The notes: generated by a model not told the origin, from the sequence alone. A DNA stretch of 64,000 nucleotides from Oculina patagonica (GCF_052425735.1 NC_135761.1:12400001-12464000), one strand, 5' to 3'; positions 22,231 through 35,777 are shown, counted from the stretch's first letter. A program made the numbers and translations.

Positions 22231-24072
22231 TTATGAAGATGCCATTGCCCCAGGTAATGGAGAAGCAATATCCAGGTTTGGAATGTCAAATAAATCACAG
22301 ACACCTTCTGAATCGTCAAGATTGAAGTAGTAGTCGTGCTCGCCAGGTGGAGGTGATAAGCGAAGAAGGGGTGCATACACTGTGAATAAAAATTGCTGAG
22401 AATGTACAGTTCGATTCTTTGCTAAGTTTAATATCAAATTTTATTTTGCAAAACATGGAAAAACAGCACTGCATGAGAAAAAAAAAATGGCTCAAAAGCA
22501 TTCTTATGAATGGTCGCACACTTAGATTTCAAGGGTGCACCAGTGTAAATCATTTCAGCTACCCAGGCCTACCCTATATTTTTAAGCAGTTTTTACAGGG
22601 AAATTAAATTTTTAACAGCAGAATACCCATTTCTTAATCATCCAAGAGAAACAGAAATTGGTTTGCAAAATTGGGAAGTTCCACAAATCGGGGAGGGGGG
22701 GGGGGGTGGGAATTGAAGTGTTCAACTAAGGATTGGAAAACAAATTATTTTTGGTTTGAGTTATCAGGAAGTTTGAGAAATCAAGATTCCACTGAAGTGA
22801 TAAAGACTGATAGTCACTGCATGTAATAAACTTGATGTTAAGTCATAGGCCTTATGGTTAGGCCGGTGTTGAGATCTGGATAGATAAATTTGAGTTTGAA
22901 CTCTGGCTAGACACCTCACTCTCAAAGTGTCTCTCTACTCCACCCAGGGGTGACCTGACAAAATCCTGGGGGTGGGGAATAACCTACAATGGACACGCAT
23001 CTCATATTTCAGGCAGAGTAGCAATACTCCAAGTAACTTTGTGTTGTATAAATTGAAATAAGCTCTGACAGCGCAGGCCACTTTGGTCAGAGTGTATCCT
23101 TTACAATCTTTAGTAAACAAACCCCTTCAGGCAGCTGGTATATTTGAGGGTAAAGCTTGAGGCTGGAAGATTGTCTGAAAAATTAACAGTTGGCTGAGAA
23201 GCTAAGCTTTGAGGGAACTGTTGGCAGTTGTCGATTGATTAGGTTGCGAGGCAAAATGACATGTTTTTTCCAAGACAGAACGTTGTATTCTCACCAAGCA
23301 ACCTTTGTAATTTAGTCTTGCAACCTAATCAATCAACCAACAAATGCGACAACTGAGACCGTTAAATGCTCAACCTGAATCTACTGTTCGACTACTGATT
23401 TCAAAGTCCATTGACTACCTCTATGCATTCATACATGTAAGATGTTGAGGAGATGCTTAACCAATTTAAATTCTGGAGGGAGCATAAAAAAGCGCTCAAA
23501 ATTCAAAAGCTTGTAAGCATACCTTCTGCTGACATAAACTCTTCCATAACTTCTTCAGCAATACTGGGTTCTGAGAAAGAAACAGAAAGGTACCTTACTG
23601 GTTTAGTTTTGATAGGAAGAACCAGAATGATTATCTTTAAATTAGATGTTTTGTTCTGTCTGTTTGAAGAAAACCTGTCGTTTTGGGGGATGATCTTCAT
23701 GAATGGACCGACCAACAAAATCACAAACTTTTTTGATAAACACCTGAGTGAGTGGTGCTAATTAAAAGAGTTCGTGATTTTTATAAGCCAGTTAAAAACA
23801 CTTCTAAAAAAAATGCAGTTTACAAAACAACAAAATAACATTTTACCTTTGAGGCTATTTCCAAATATAATGTCATTAGCAACCTCTTTAAGCTCATTGG
23901 CTGAGGACAGAAAAAATAAAACCTTAAACCTCTGAAACCGACATGAAAAGGGAGGTTGAAAAGCAAAAAAAAAAAAGAAGAAGCAAAAATGAGTTGCTAA
24001 GTCCTCAGAAAACATTCAGGGATTGAAAACACTTGAATTCCAACCTGCCCCTAGCGAGAAGCAGCTCTTATT

Positions 24073-24126
<54 letters not shown>

Positions 24127-27100
24127 AAATTTTTTTTTTAAATTATTTTAAAAATTACTTGCCTGGGACAATTACATGCTTGTCTTAACTTACTTGTTTA
24201 TCATTGAGTCAGCCTGTGACTTGCATGGGCCTTTTCCCATTGGCCAAGTGAGCATGAAAATTTATTTCCCCGGCAGGAAAATCTACTAGTCCTAGACAGA
24301 ACTTCCCCCCTGTACATGGTGGTTATTCCTAAACCTTCTTTCACAGCTTACACAGTGTAGATATTTTAGCAAACGACAGTGTTTGAAATATTAGTCATTG
24401 TTTACAGGAAAACCACATTGCCGCAGGACAAAAAAGAAAGTAGATGTATTTGACAGCTTTATTTTTAGTCAGCAGGTGAAAAGAAGCAGTGTAAGCACTT
24501 GGTTGAAGTTATATCAGGTCAATTTGTTCGACATCAAATTTCAGTAGAGTCGTGAGAAATTATAAATATTATGATTTTAGGCTGAGCCACCCATGTCACA
24601 GACCATTTCATACTTACTGTAAATCTAATTCCTTAACAACCCATAAAGAGGGAATACAATACCTCTACTACTCTCAATAACTTCAGTCTTGACAGCTCCC
24701 AGTTTAGCATTGACATCATTTGTGTGTTTAGAATTGGCATTAGTCTCCATGGGTTCTTCACCACCCTTCACTGCTGCATGGTTGTTTGAGTTGATGTCAT
24801 TAGCTGGCGGCGGCACGGGAGTTACGACAGGGCTGTTAGCAGCAGCATCCTTGTTCACCAGAAGTACATGGATTGGACCACTCTGAGACTTCAAATGGAT
24901 CTGGTATTTTTTACTTTGTTGAATTGAGCTTGGGGTCTTGAGAGAGAAAGTAAAAAAAAGGTTAAGATTGCATTTGAGCCAAGTGGCCCAAAAGGCTGGA
25001 GCTTATCCCAGTTTTAGTAGCATGAAGTGACTAGGAGTATTTCTAGTTCCCACTGGATGGGATGCTTGTCCATCACAGGGTTACCCCCAGCAGTAAATTT
25101 GCCAGTGCCCATTTATACCCCTTTGTGGAGAGAGACCCTATGAGAGTAAAGTGTCTTGCCCAAGAACACAACCCAGTGCCCCGGCCAGGGCACCAACCTG
25201 AAACGCTCGATCCAGAGTCTAGCGCATTAAGCATCAGGCCACCACGCCTCCCAAGAGAGAAAGTATCATTATAATAATTTATTTATACATGTATTTATTA
25301 AATTAAAAAGCCATGACTTAGCTTTGTTCAGTTATCAAAATGCTTAGAAAGTGATAAGGATGCACAAGAAATAGAGAAAACCATTTGCCCAGGGTTTTCA
25401 ACAAGATTTAAAATAGGTGCCTGCCCATGTGCAGCACCCACCAGAGAGCAATTTAAAAGCTGAACTTCTCTACAGACTTAGTCTGAAATAAAATTGGAAG
25501 TACTCATGGGACTCAAAGGGTTAAGGATTCTAGTACTATTACGGGGCTGCAAATAACAGTCGGTCATCGGACATTGGCCGACCAAAATATGCTCATGTCC
25601 GACGAAATGCCAAGTGTGGTCGGACATGAGGTCCAGACAATTTTTTAAATGTAAATCATTTTACGGCAACAATGAATAAATTCAACCTTTTGTTTTTGGT
25701 AATGTCCGACCACAATTTTGTTTTGTCTGACCAAGATGGTGTCTTAGTAGGACATACAGTTGAATCCCGATAACTCGAACCCTCAGTAACTCGAACTCCC
25801 GCTAACTCGAACCTTTTTCGATTCCCCTTCAGGTCATTTTCTAACTAATTTTACCCTCAGTAACTCGAACTCCCGATATCTCGAACCTTTTTCGATTTCC
25901 CTTGAAGGTTCAAGTTATCGGGATTCGACTGTATTTCAAGTGAAAAAACTATTTGCAGCCCTGCTATTATGATTGCATTTCTCTGGTAAGTGTAAGCAAG
26001 CCGTCAACTTACTGTCTCTGGGATTGGAACTTCAAGTTGCGTTCCAGATGGTGCTTGAACAACCAGCAATGTGTCCCCTCTAAAACTGTGGCATACGTCT
26101 TCATAGGTGACGTAAGCCAGCTGTTCATTCTCAGGATCTTCTGAAACATTCTTTAGACTTTGCTGAACCCACAATCTTTGTTCATCAAGTTCTCTTTCCT
26201 TGTCTTCTAGTCTTTCCAATTCTCCCTTTAGATGTACAAGTTTGTCTGATATCTCTCGCGTGTTACATCCTGGCCCAGCTCCCCTGTGAAAAAAGAAGAA
26301 TAATCAAACAGTTAAATTACCGCAAATAGACCAAAAAGTTTATGTTAATCATGGCCTATTATTATTAATGTGTAATTTACCAAAAGGAGGTTTTCAAGTG
26401 ATTTTACAAGGCACAAACCCAAGCATAAGCACAAGTACAAAATTCAAAATATTTTGATTCTTGATTAATAATAGTAGTTGCATTGCATAGTTGCCATCCT
26501 AAAAAGTAGGCTTATTAATAAGTGTTTCACTTGTTCACTTGTTGCATTGGGAGTGATTGCTGACCCTAAAGGCTCAATTTTAAGATGGTGGATAGGTACA
26601 TGACAAAATATTGTTATTTTTACGCACTGTACCAATTTGAAGCAATCATAAGTTAATGTATGTTGTATCTGTTAAACAAGAGTAGGGAAAGAACTTTTAT
26701 ACTTATAATATACTTATAATTTTCATCCCAGAATTTCTGCAGTCATAATGACTCCCTCTTTACTCAGGCTTTTAGCCAGGTGGGAGTCCAGGAGTCCTGT
26801 GGACGGCCACTTATCACAAAAATTTAATATGAATTACTGTATACAGAGGTTTTTACCAGCAAATTTGGAAGTTTTTAGACACGTTTGCACTCATAACTGC
26901 AGAAAAACACCTTGCATGCTGCTCAGGCCCTCCTATGGGGACAAAGTCAGGCTTTATAAAAATTTTGGACTCCCACTTTTTATATCCTGGCTAAAAGCCT
27001 GTCTGTACTGCTCTGTAACAAAAGTGGAGTCATTTGAAAAAGTTTGGCATAAAATATGCAAAATTGGCTGTATTTGCGAACCCTGACGGTAATTCCAAAG

Positions 27101-29358
27101 GGCTTGACGAAATTACAGAAACTCCAAACGGGCAAAGGGTGGTTAAAATATGAAAGCATATTTTCTGGAATCCCCCATTCACACTGATGAATATGTCATC
27201 ATAATTACACTGACCATATTTTGATGAAGGAGTTATCTAGGAACGTTCATTTTGAACAGCATTTAAAGCACTCCGAAAATACTATTCACCACTTTTTGTT
27301 AATTATTTTGATTGCAATGCAGCAAAATCTCTAAGAAGTGAGACTAAAACCGCTTAATTAAGACTTACACACATTTTACAGCTTTCCTATGTTTCTTGCC
27401 GACTACATGTATTTAATTTGCTTCAAGTTTTGATTGGTTCACTCGATTGTCTGTGTTCTTTGTGATTGGTCAGAGCAATTACTTTGGTTTTGGTTTTAAG
27501 ACACTCAGTTGAAAATTGCTCGAAGATGAATGCATTAATTTAGTTAGGCACAACAGGACGTAAAATTGCGCCTAATGCAGCCCCTATGCTTTTAAATTTT
27601 TCACTTTGGCGACGAAATCCTGAAAATTGGTTGCCAAATTGGCGACTAGAATTTGCATGATTGACCTCAAATTGCATTCATTTCAGAAGCCATGCATTTG
27701 CCAGGCCAGTCAGGCTTAATGCTTGAATTAGCTGTTAGCTGTTGCAGTGTAAGTGAAAGCATGAACTCTGCATGGCATGTACTAAAACCCAAAACAAAGA
27801 AACGAAACCACCAAAATGAGTGAAACAACTGAAACGACTGAAATAAGCAAAATGAAACGAAATCACCAAGACAAGCAAAACCCATAACAATTTGCTATCA
27901 ATATACAGGCTAACCGGAGTGGAAGGTGCACTCCGGTTAGCCTGCTTACTGTTAGCCCTCAATAATTGTAATGGGTTTTGCTTGTTTTGGTGATTTTGGC
28001 AATTTCATATTGGTGGTTTTGTTCCATTGTTTTAGGTTTTAGTACTTGCTCGTCTGCACTGGGCATGATCTTGATAATTAAAAGACAACTTGCAATATTT
28101 ATGGACCAGGGCCAATGGATGCAGAGGAGGGAATATCATAAATAATATTTGTTTATCAAGAAAGCAATGAAATCTCAAAATTTAGCAATCAGAATCCCTT
28201 ATCTTAATTCCAATCTTTAATAGGGAATATACAGAGCTAAATTATAAAAGTAGAGTATGTTTTGGCGGGAATCCAGTTAAAATCCCAATATATTTTATGT
28301 GGCCATCATTAGGTTGTCCTTTCACATTAAAGCTCCACAATCACGCCACAAATATAACGTCACAAGATTTTTAAAGTGCAGACGAGATCTTAGTGATTTT
28401 GAATGTTTAGAATAAATCAAAACTTGTTAAAGGGTATTTAAGGATACCTTTAATATAAATTTATTTTCCTACGAGGTACGCACTGTATTTTAACCGCAAA
28501 ATCACTGAACGATCACACGAAATTTTTCCGACTTCCTCTTTTGTTTTAGCTTACATAAGCTTACCTAAACAAGAACATTTTTCGCAAAGGTAACACACTT
28601 TCGATGTAAAATAGCATTGCGATCTGTCTTCGAGAGAAATTAATTCCATTTCTTACACACATTTTCTATTTACCGCGTCCAGCAAAGGGCGCCAAAATAA
28701 TGGCGGTAAACGAGTCTTCGAAATCAAGTTTGCGCGCTAGAAACACGCGTCCGAACGCTAATAAGCGAAGAACTCAGAAAATGTAAGATTTCCTTCGCTC
28801 TAGAAGTATGATCGTATCAAAACAATTGACAAATAATGGGATTTAACCGTAACAAATGTTGGTTGTGCGAAGTTCGGTGATAAAATTCTGCCACTGCACG
28901 TCCCGCGAGATTAAGGGAGCTGCGATGGAATTCGTTCGTCGTCCCGCGCGATTGCCTTTGTCACATGAAATAATTTCCCCTTTATATTTGTACTTACTTC
29001 CATTGAATGCTATTCTTCGATTTCTTCTCGATCAGTCCAATTCCTTCAAGAACATTTGTAATGTCGTAAATCCTTCGCTTTTGACGAACAGCAAGAGTAT
29101 CCGCTGCCTAAAATCGACAAAGGTAAACACTTCAAAAGGTGAATGCTAAATGCAACGGGGGCACAAAGGAAAGCCAAGCCGAACACGAAAATTTCTTCTT
29201 TCGCCGGTCGGAAAACCCAGATTTCTCCATGTACTCACCACTTTAAGATCTAAGACACCATCTTTGGCTTCTTGCAGCAAACTAACGAATTTTGTCGTCA
29301 ATAAACCGAGAGATTTTTCGTGTCTGCTTGGCGTTCCCGGAGAACCGAAATCCGCCAT
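22231..29358 (-). CDS. E2F4: Transcription factor E2F4/E2F5-like (323 aa, 6 exons)
   Basis: Exons 29239-29358, 28998-29107, 26013-26283, 24663-24936, 23523-23570, 22231-22379 (972 nt, phases consistent). DNA-binding domain [14 protein letters not shown]...[30 protein letters not shown], marked box LAYVTYED...[10 protein letters not shown]...[16 protein letters not shown], and pocket-protein motif [17 protein letters not shown]. The short N-terminus fits E2F4/5; it is probably a co-orthologue of both. Confidence 0.93.
24955..25252 (-). mobile_element. tRNA-derived SINE
   Basis: Reverse complement of the 3021-3326 family (head GGGAGGCGTGGTGGCCTGATGC..., same core). Confidence 0.75.
25542..25963. 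mobile_element. hAT-like MITE containing a nested pogo/Tigger-like MITE (25757-25931)
   Basis: Outer TIR GGGCTGCAAATA / TATTTGCAGCCCTG with CTATTA on both flanks. Inner TIR CAGTTGAATCCCGATAACTCGAACC / GGTTCAAGTTATCGGGATTCGACTG with TA flanks. Confidence 0.7.
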
Positions 29359-29399
29359 GATAGCCGAGCTGCATGCTGCAAAAAGACCGTGCGTTGATA

Positions 29400-29725
29400 T
29401 GATTGGCTAATGGTGAAATTTAAATAGTGCGCCCGTTGGAGTCGCCTTTGATGCGGTATTTCGAGCAGGGGAGGGCTGTTTGCTTTGTTTTAGCTTGTCG
29501 CATTTACCGTAGTTTTTCTGCAGTTTGAATTTTAAAACAGCATTTGTTCGAGAGAACATGTAATTTAATGCGTATAAAGAGATAAATTTGTTTGTTTTAA
29601 CTAAATAACGCAAGAACATTTAAAAACTAAAATGCCAAGATTTACCCCACCCCGGTACGTTTTGTCCACGATTCTTCGTTACCAGGGTCCCAAGACATAG
29701 TCGTCAATTTTTTCCCGCGCGCGGG
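29400..29725. promoter_or_regulatory. E2F4/5 promoter region, possibly bidirectional
   Basis: CpG-rich, with a CCAAT box (ATTGG 29402-06) and an E2F-type site TTTCCCGC (29711-18). A strong plus-strand donor AAG|GTAAGT lies at 29850. Confidence 0.5.
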
Positions 29726-30938
29726 TTTTTCTGGGGACCGCACCTCAAGGTCAAGGCAAACTTTCCCCGAACAGGGAAAGAAATTCTCTCAATTTGCTTA
29801 AAATATTAACATTTTACTGTATAAAGACAAGTTTAATACAGCGTTTAAGGTAAGTTCTAGCTTTAAATCTTTCCAGAGCCAGTTTCTAATTTCACTTTTA
29901 CGCTTTTATGCTCGCGAGATGAGTTTTTATTGCAGCTCAACAGGAGGGGGTTTTCTTTGTTTGTTTACATGTACTGACAAGAAATTTTCGAGGCCGTCAA
30001 AATGAAGTTCTATATCCAGTTTCTTCCTTTCAGGCATTTTTAAAATTATAGTAAATTGGCGCCCCAAAAATACTTTTATTTTTGCTGAACTAGAGTGGAT
30101 AAATAAATATTTCCGAGGAAGAAGTATTCAGTGCATTGACACCTTCAGGCAACACCACGAAAAATAATTAAAGAACTATCATGCAAGCAGGCAAGGTTTG
30201 TACACATTTATTTCAATGCACATTTTGTTGTCCATTTTATGACTTTTATATTCCTCTTTATTCGGCTTTCAACCCATGCCATTTTTTTTTTTTTTTTTTT
30301 TTTGGGGGGGGGGGGGGAGGGAATAACGCCCGTACGCCTATGCCTCCCTGGATTTTAAAATACTGCTACCTACCCTTTCACCTCCCAATTCCCATAGCCT
30401 GCTCATCCTCCTTTTCTTACAGGTTTCTGCCCCAGTGCATGTTACCCCATCAGTGTAAAGGCAACCGCCATTAAAAGGCTATTGCTCCTAACCCTGGGAC
30501 AAATAACCCGAGAGGCTCACAAATCACAACTTGAGTGAGAAAAATGGGCAGGAGCACCATAGGAAAGCCTGCCAGTTTGTACTCTCCTCATACTTCTCAC
30601 GTCTTAAATATGCTCATGATCAGGTAATCCAAAATTAGCCTGGCGAGGATCCCATTTAGGGTATGAAGCAAAACTCATGGTTGCTTCACATGCTACAGCA
30701 AGTAGAGTTCAGTACTAGCACTACCAGGGGTAGGGGGACTCCCATATAAAAAAGAGACTGGGATGCTTGTTATCTCGCATAAGGGTGCAAATTACAGATT
30801 TTGATCTCATTTAACGTAATGGGGTGTTCAGGGCAGAACACCAAGAAACCTTGAGCCACCCCCAGATTGGTCTCCTTTAGGTGTTAAATTCAAATTGCCC
30901 TGTGAAATAAGAAACATGTCATCAGTGCAAAGTTTTAA

Positions 30939-31018
30939 GGACGGTGCCTACTAATAACGAGGTTTTTTTGCCCGGCCGATGACTATGCAAGAAATGTAGA
31001 TGTTATCAAGGGCTACTA

Positions 31019-31051
<33 letters not shown>

Positions 31052-31838
31052 AATTTTCGAGATAATTAAGTTTGAAAACTGGAAAAAATGCTGACGTGGC
31101 ATTTTAAAAAAACGTAAAACAAAATAAAATTTTCTTGCAAATTCCATTTGAAATTAGTTTTTCATGCACAAAATCAACATTAAATATAACAATCTCTAAA
31201 ACAACTTACAAATAATGTATTTGAAACTGCGTGATCCACGATTTTATTAACAAAATAATTGTGTTTGAGCAATTTTTGACTCTAACAGCTCTCACTTGCA
31301 CGGCCAGAAAATTGGCCTAACTTTTTTTTTTCACTTAATCACAAATTAAACAAGCGCTCTATAGACTTTCCGCTTCCATTTTATAAAATAAAAAGTAGGG
31401 GTCACCACGCGTTTTTAAAAGTTATACGAGTTCTTTTCAAGCTTTATCAAAATCGTTTTTGGGGTCTGTTACATTTTTCCTTTCCCCTCCCTAGCGAGTA
31501 AAATATTTGCATCTCGCGCGCGCACGCCATATATAGTTAGCAGTTTGCGAGTTACATTTAAGCGCTTAGCGATTTGTTTTTGACTGTTAATGTGACCATT
31601 TTTAGAGGTCAATGGGAACTAAAATGTTGCATTTCCGCTGTACCTGGCTTAGTATATGTCCACAAACTGGATTTCGTTGCAGCAGAAATCTTTCTTGATT
31701 TTTAGTCACGCGCTTGGTCGCGTAGTTGAATTCGTCATTTTGAGCGAGCAAATTAGTCAAAAGCGCGCGCGTCCAGTGTGTTCGATGCATTGCGTGATGC
31801 GCAGAACAAGTGCGCAGTAACAATAGGAGGCACTGTCC
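30939..31838. mobile_element. TTAA-specific (Kolobok-like) non-autonomous element
   Basis: TIR GGACGGTGCCTACTA / TAGGAGGCACTGTCC (2 mismatches), TTAA on both flanks. Confidence 0.75.
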
Positions 31839-32084
31839 TTAAGAAAGCCATCAAGACCTTTTTATTTTCAAAAGCTTTTTAATTGTACATTTCTTTTTAT
31901 AGTTATTAATCCATTTTAAACTTTTTTGGCTTGTGAATTTAAATTTTAAATTTTTAGCTTTTTTTATTTTTTAATTATATTGTAATGCGCAATTGAAAAT
32001 TTTTAAATTGATAATTGCGTAATATAAGTTAATTATTTATTATTATTATTAATAATTATTATTGCCCAGTGAAGTCACCCTCTC

Positions 32085-32448
32085 CAGGAGCCCATTACCC
32101 GGAGCATGCAACTTCCATACTGCATCTGTCAATTACGGCCTTTTCACAAGTTAAGTTATTTTTAGATACGATTTTCCTGCGAATTGGTTTCGGATAGCCA
32201 ATTACAAGCGACTTTGTATTTGACTGTTGATATGTAACTACAGTACCACACCCATCAAAAATGCTAAAATGGTGGATACATGCGAGGAAGTATTCTGACA
32301 GTATTTCAAGCGATGATTTTAGTATTTCTTCACAAAATAGTAGCTAACTTCATCGAATTTGATTTTCGCAGGAAAGGCTTAGTTAAAAATAACTTTACTG
32401 TGAAAACGCTATTCCACAAAATTACGCTCCGGGGGTAATGAGCTCCTG
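32085..32448. mobile_element. MITE with CAG...CTG termini and about 7-bp TSD (P-element-like)
   Basis: TIR CAGGAGCCCATTACCC(GGAGC) / (GCTCC)GGGGGTAATGAGCTCCTG. Flanks CCCTCTC / CCCTCTT. Confidence 0.6.
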
Positions 32449-32685
32449 CCCTCTTGCGGTATTTACTATAAAGAACTGGTAAGCCAACTGGGTCCATTTT
32501 AAGGTCATAACTTTTGTTGGTACTTTTTAGGGTGAGCCATGTTTAAACATTAAAAGGAGTTCAAGTTTCATTTGTACAGGGGAGTGGGGAGAGGAAATTT
32601 TTCACATGGCTATTCTGGGGGGCTACCTCCTTTCCTCTTGTTAATACATACAGCCATCCTCTCCCCCCATCATTTGATTTAGTTC

Positions 32686-33271
32686 CCAGGGGGTACTCCT
32701 TGGAATTTTTGGCGGGGGTGTGCCGCCCACATCTCCAAATCTAGACCCAATTTCAGACCAAAAAATGCCATTTTCCACACCCGTTTTCAGACCTGGCCTC
32801 AAAAATCCATACCCGTTTTCAGACCATCAGTGCTGAACGGAAGTCAACGTAACAAAGATGAATAGGTAAAATTTAGCTGGAATGATATATTTTAGATAGG
32901 GTACCTAAATTCTATTAGCTAAAATAAACGCCCAGCTAAACGAAAAAAAGATATCTTAAAACTGAATTTTCAGTTCAGGTATTAGAAAAGCGATTTTATA
33001 AAGATTTGTGTCTTGCCGTGCGCGGTTAGCCGTTATTTGGGTCGTCACGGAACGCTTTTCCTCCCCTTGAATAGGGTGTCATTTTTCGGTTTTGGGCCTT
33101 TAAAAGGGTATCAATTTTCGCTTTATTTATCCTTAAATAGGGTCAGGGTTTAAGAACCCTGGCCGCACATCCCTATCCGAAATTTATGGGAGTACCCCCC
33201 CCCCCCCCCCGGGGCCATACCCTTTGGGGCGGCACATACCCATATACCTGATATAGGGGAGTACCCCCCGG
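32686..33271. mobile_element. Composite MITE with CCC(A/G)GGGGGTACTCC termini
   Basis: CCCAGGGGGTACTCC...GTGTGCCGCCCC on the left and GGGGCGGCACATAC...GGAGTACCCCCCGG on the right, with an internal second terminus near 33190-33213. A related element lies at 49931-50361. Confidence 0.6.
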
Positions 33272-34221
33272 ACTTTAGTTCTAACTAAATCAGCTTATTT
33301 CTCAACTTTTTTTCTGATATTTCAGAATGACACCATGCAGTAGGTATCATTTGGAATTGTCACCAAAAAGGGTTTAGATGCTAATCGCAACTTACCGGTA
33401 TGTAACAAAATTCAAATTATGGCTAAAATATTGTTTCTATTGTTTGTTTGCTTCTTTTCTTTTAAACTTATAAAATTGTTTTATTTGTTATTGTTTTACC
33501 CGCACTTGAAAGTTACACAAAAGCATGTGAAATTAACATTCAGCAATGAATGGGTTAAAACATTTTGTTGAAAGTTTTGAGCTAGCCCTTAGAACTTTTA
33601 AAACATTTGAGCCAGAAGCATTAGTTTCATTACATTTTTAACAGCTTTGTTTCAAGGTCTTAAACTGGATCCACTACACGCAAACGCTCATGATCAAATT
33701 TCGGTACTGGGGGAGCTGCAGACCCCAACTTCCCCCCCCCCCCCGCACCTTGTACGCATATGCTATGCGTGGAGGAGGGAGGCCTCAACTGGTGTCTAGG
33801 AGGCCAGGGGTTCGTTTCCGGGCGGGGACTTAGATTTTTTTGTTTGTCCCATGCTAGTGTCATTGTTGAACAATTATAATTCATCTTTATTATTTAAATA
33901 TCACCCAGCTTAAAATTTACCTTTTTTATTATTATTTAGTACATAATTGATGATTTAGACATTGCTGATCCTAGCAGAACTAGTATGCAGGACGAGTGTC
34001 TTTTTTATCAACCTAGTAAATGCCCCCCCTCACCACATGTCTCTCGAAGCTCAGTTGGTTAGGGCACCCTTGGAACTGGGATCTGGGAGGCCATGGGTTC
34101 AATTCATGTTGGGACTCAGATTTTTTCTTTGTCCCATGCTTGTGTCATTGTTATACAATTCATCATCATCAATGTCTTTAATTTATACATTATCATGAAT
34201 GCCAACTGGTCAGTCTGCATA

Positions 34222-34745
34222 CCGTATTTACTTGAATAAGTGCCGCCGCCCTCGAATAAGTGCCGCATTTAGAGCAAAAAAGTTAATAAGTGCCGCCCCC
34301 GAAAAAGCGCTGTAGTCCCGATGCGGCGCTTATTCGATTAATTCCGTATAACTAAAAAAACACTACAAAGCATCTCTAACACAGTATTGGCAAATTTTTT
34401 TCATCAAAAGCGATGTTCTTCAGTTCAAAAAGATTTATTAAAGTTCTCTCAGAATTCTTGCAATACGCAGCTCTGTTGTGAAGGCCTTGCTTAAAATTGC
34501 AGTGACATTTTGTTAAAGTGCCAGAAGGGACGAATGGTGACAATCAAGAGATGCTCCTGTTAGTTACTGTAAAATTTTCGTTCCGATATAAGATATACCG
34601 TTAAAAATTAAAAGAAAAGATTTCTTTGTCGCGTCCAATTTTCAAATAAGCGCCGCCCTCAATTAAGCACTGCCCTCGAATAAGCGCCACATCTGAGGCA
34701 CGAAAAATTCAATAAGCGCCACGGCGCTTATTCGAGTAAAAACGG
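34222..34745. mobile_element. pogo/Tc2-like MITE
   Basis: TIR CCGTATTTACTTGAATAAGTGCCG / CGGCGCTTATTCGAGTAAAAACGG, TA flanks, internal AATAAG(C/T)GCC repeats. Confidence 0.8.
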
Positions 34746-35098
34746 TATGGCTAATTTTTCTGAGAAAAGATTAATTTTGATAAAAAAATAATTTTGATAA
34801 AATAACTTCTGTTCCAGATTTTTATGCAAGGAAAGCCATTTCTGATTTGCTGTGAAAGCTTGCCATTCACTTCATCTGGTAATGCAATATTTTTTAATAA
34901 ACCATCTGAAAGCAATGGTCACACTACACATCTCCGCGGTCTGGCCAAGACCTGTATGCGGCAAGTGCACAGCCTATTAACTGTGGAGTGTTAGGGCTCA
35001 GGTTTAAAGCAACGTTATGGTTTGCCTGGTAAAAGGGGGGTTGTTGCCTGGAGTAAAGGGCAGGCAGGGTCTATGTGAGACCCTTGCGCCTAGCTAAT

Positions 35099-35143
35099 GC
35101 CATGCTGATGAGTCCTAACAAGGACGAAACAGCTGTCCATGCC
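35099..35143 (+). ncRNA. Type I hammerhead ribozyme, copy 1 (catalytic core intact)
   Basis: GCCATG-CTGATGA-GTCC(TAACAA)GGAC-GAAAC-AGCT-GTC^CATGCC. All conserved core nucleotides are present; predicted cleavage after 35137. Confidence 0.9.
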
Positions 35144-35434
35144 TGCCACTCCACGGATATTAGGCTGTTCACATGTGTACAGGTCTTGGCCAGATCGCTG
35201 AGATGTGTAGTGCCACCATTGCTTTCAGACAGTTCATCATGACATATTTATGTCGTCACACGTGCATTAGCCATTAATTTGGTTATTCCACATCTCCTTA
35301 CGCATTGCCAAGACTTTACAGTCGCAGCCACAGCTCCAAAATGTTTTTATATGGAGCTGGCATTTAAAGCAACCTTCAGGTTTGCCACTGGAGTAAAGGG
35401 CAGGGTCTATGAGAGACCCTTGCGCCTAGCTAAT

Positions 35435-35479
35435 GCCATGCTCATGAGTCCTAACAAGGACGAAACAGCTCTCCATGGC
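35435..35479 (+). ncRNA. Type I hammerhead ribozyme, copy 2 (core mutated)
   Basis: GCCATG-CTCATGA-GTCC(TAACAA)GGAC-GAAAC-AGCT-CTC-CATGGC, with CUGA changed to CUCA and GUC changed to CUC. Confidence 0.8.
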
Positions 35480-35777
35480 TGCCACTCCACGGGTAACAGG
35501 CTGTGTGCATACGTACAGGTCATGGCCAGACCGTGGAGATGTGAAGTGCCACTATTGCTTTCAGATTGTTCATTATGACATATTTATGTCATCACATGTG
35601 CATTAGCCATTAATTTGGTTATTCCACATCTCCTTATGCATTGCCAAGACTTTACAGTCCCAGCCACAGCTCCCATATGTTTTTATGTGGAGCTGGCATT
35701 TAAAGCAACCTTCTGGTTCGCCACTGGAGTAAATGGCAGTGTCTATGATCTTATGTGAGACCAATACGTCTGGCTAT

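Larger units (their letters stand above)
29750..34878 (+). ncRNA. Putative spliced lncRNA or micropeptide transcript divergent from E2F4/5 (start approximate)
   Basis: Donor at 29850. Candidate exons 30423-30623, 33326-33397 and 34818-34878 each have a pyrimidine tract plus CAG acceptor and a GT donor. The first two have stops in all three frames. Confidence 0.4.

Noticed and set aside
24069-24140. About 50-nt poly(T) run in an E2F intron
   Set aside because: No adjoining retrocopy or TSD is recognisable; probably a homopolymer expansion or sequencing artefact.
35279-35578. 99-aa ORF inside the ribozyme array
   Set aside because: Non-ATG start, spans a unit junction, and indels in neighbouring copies break the frame; the units are structured non-coding RNA.
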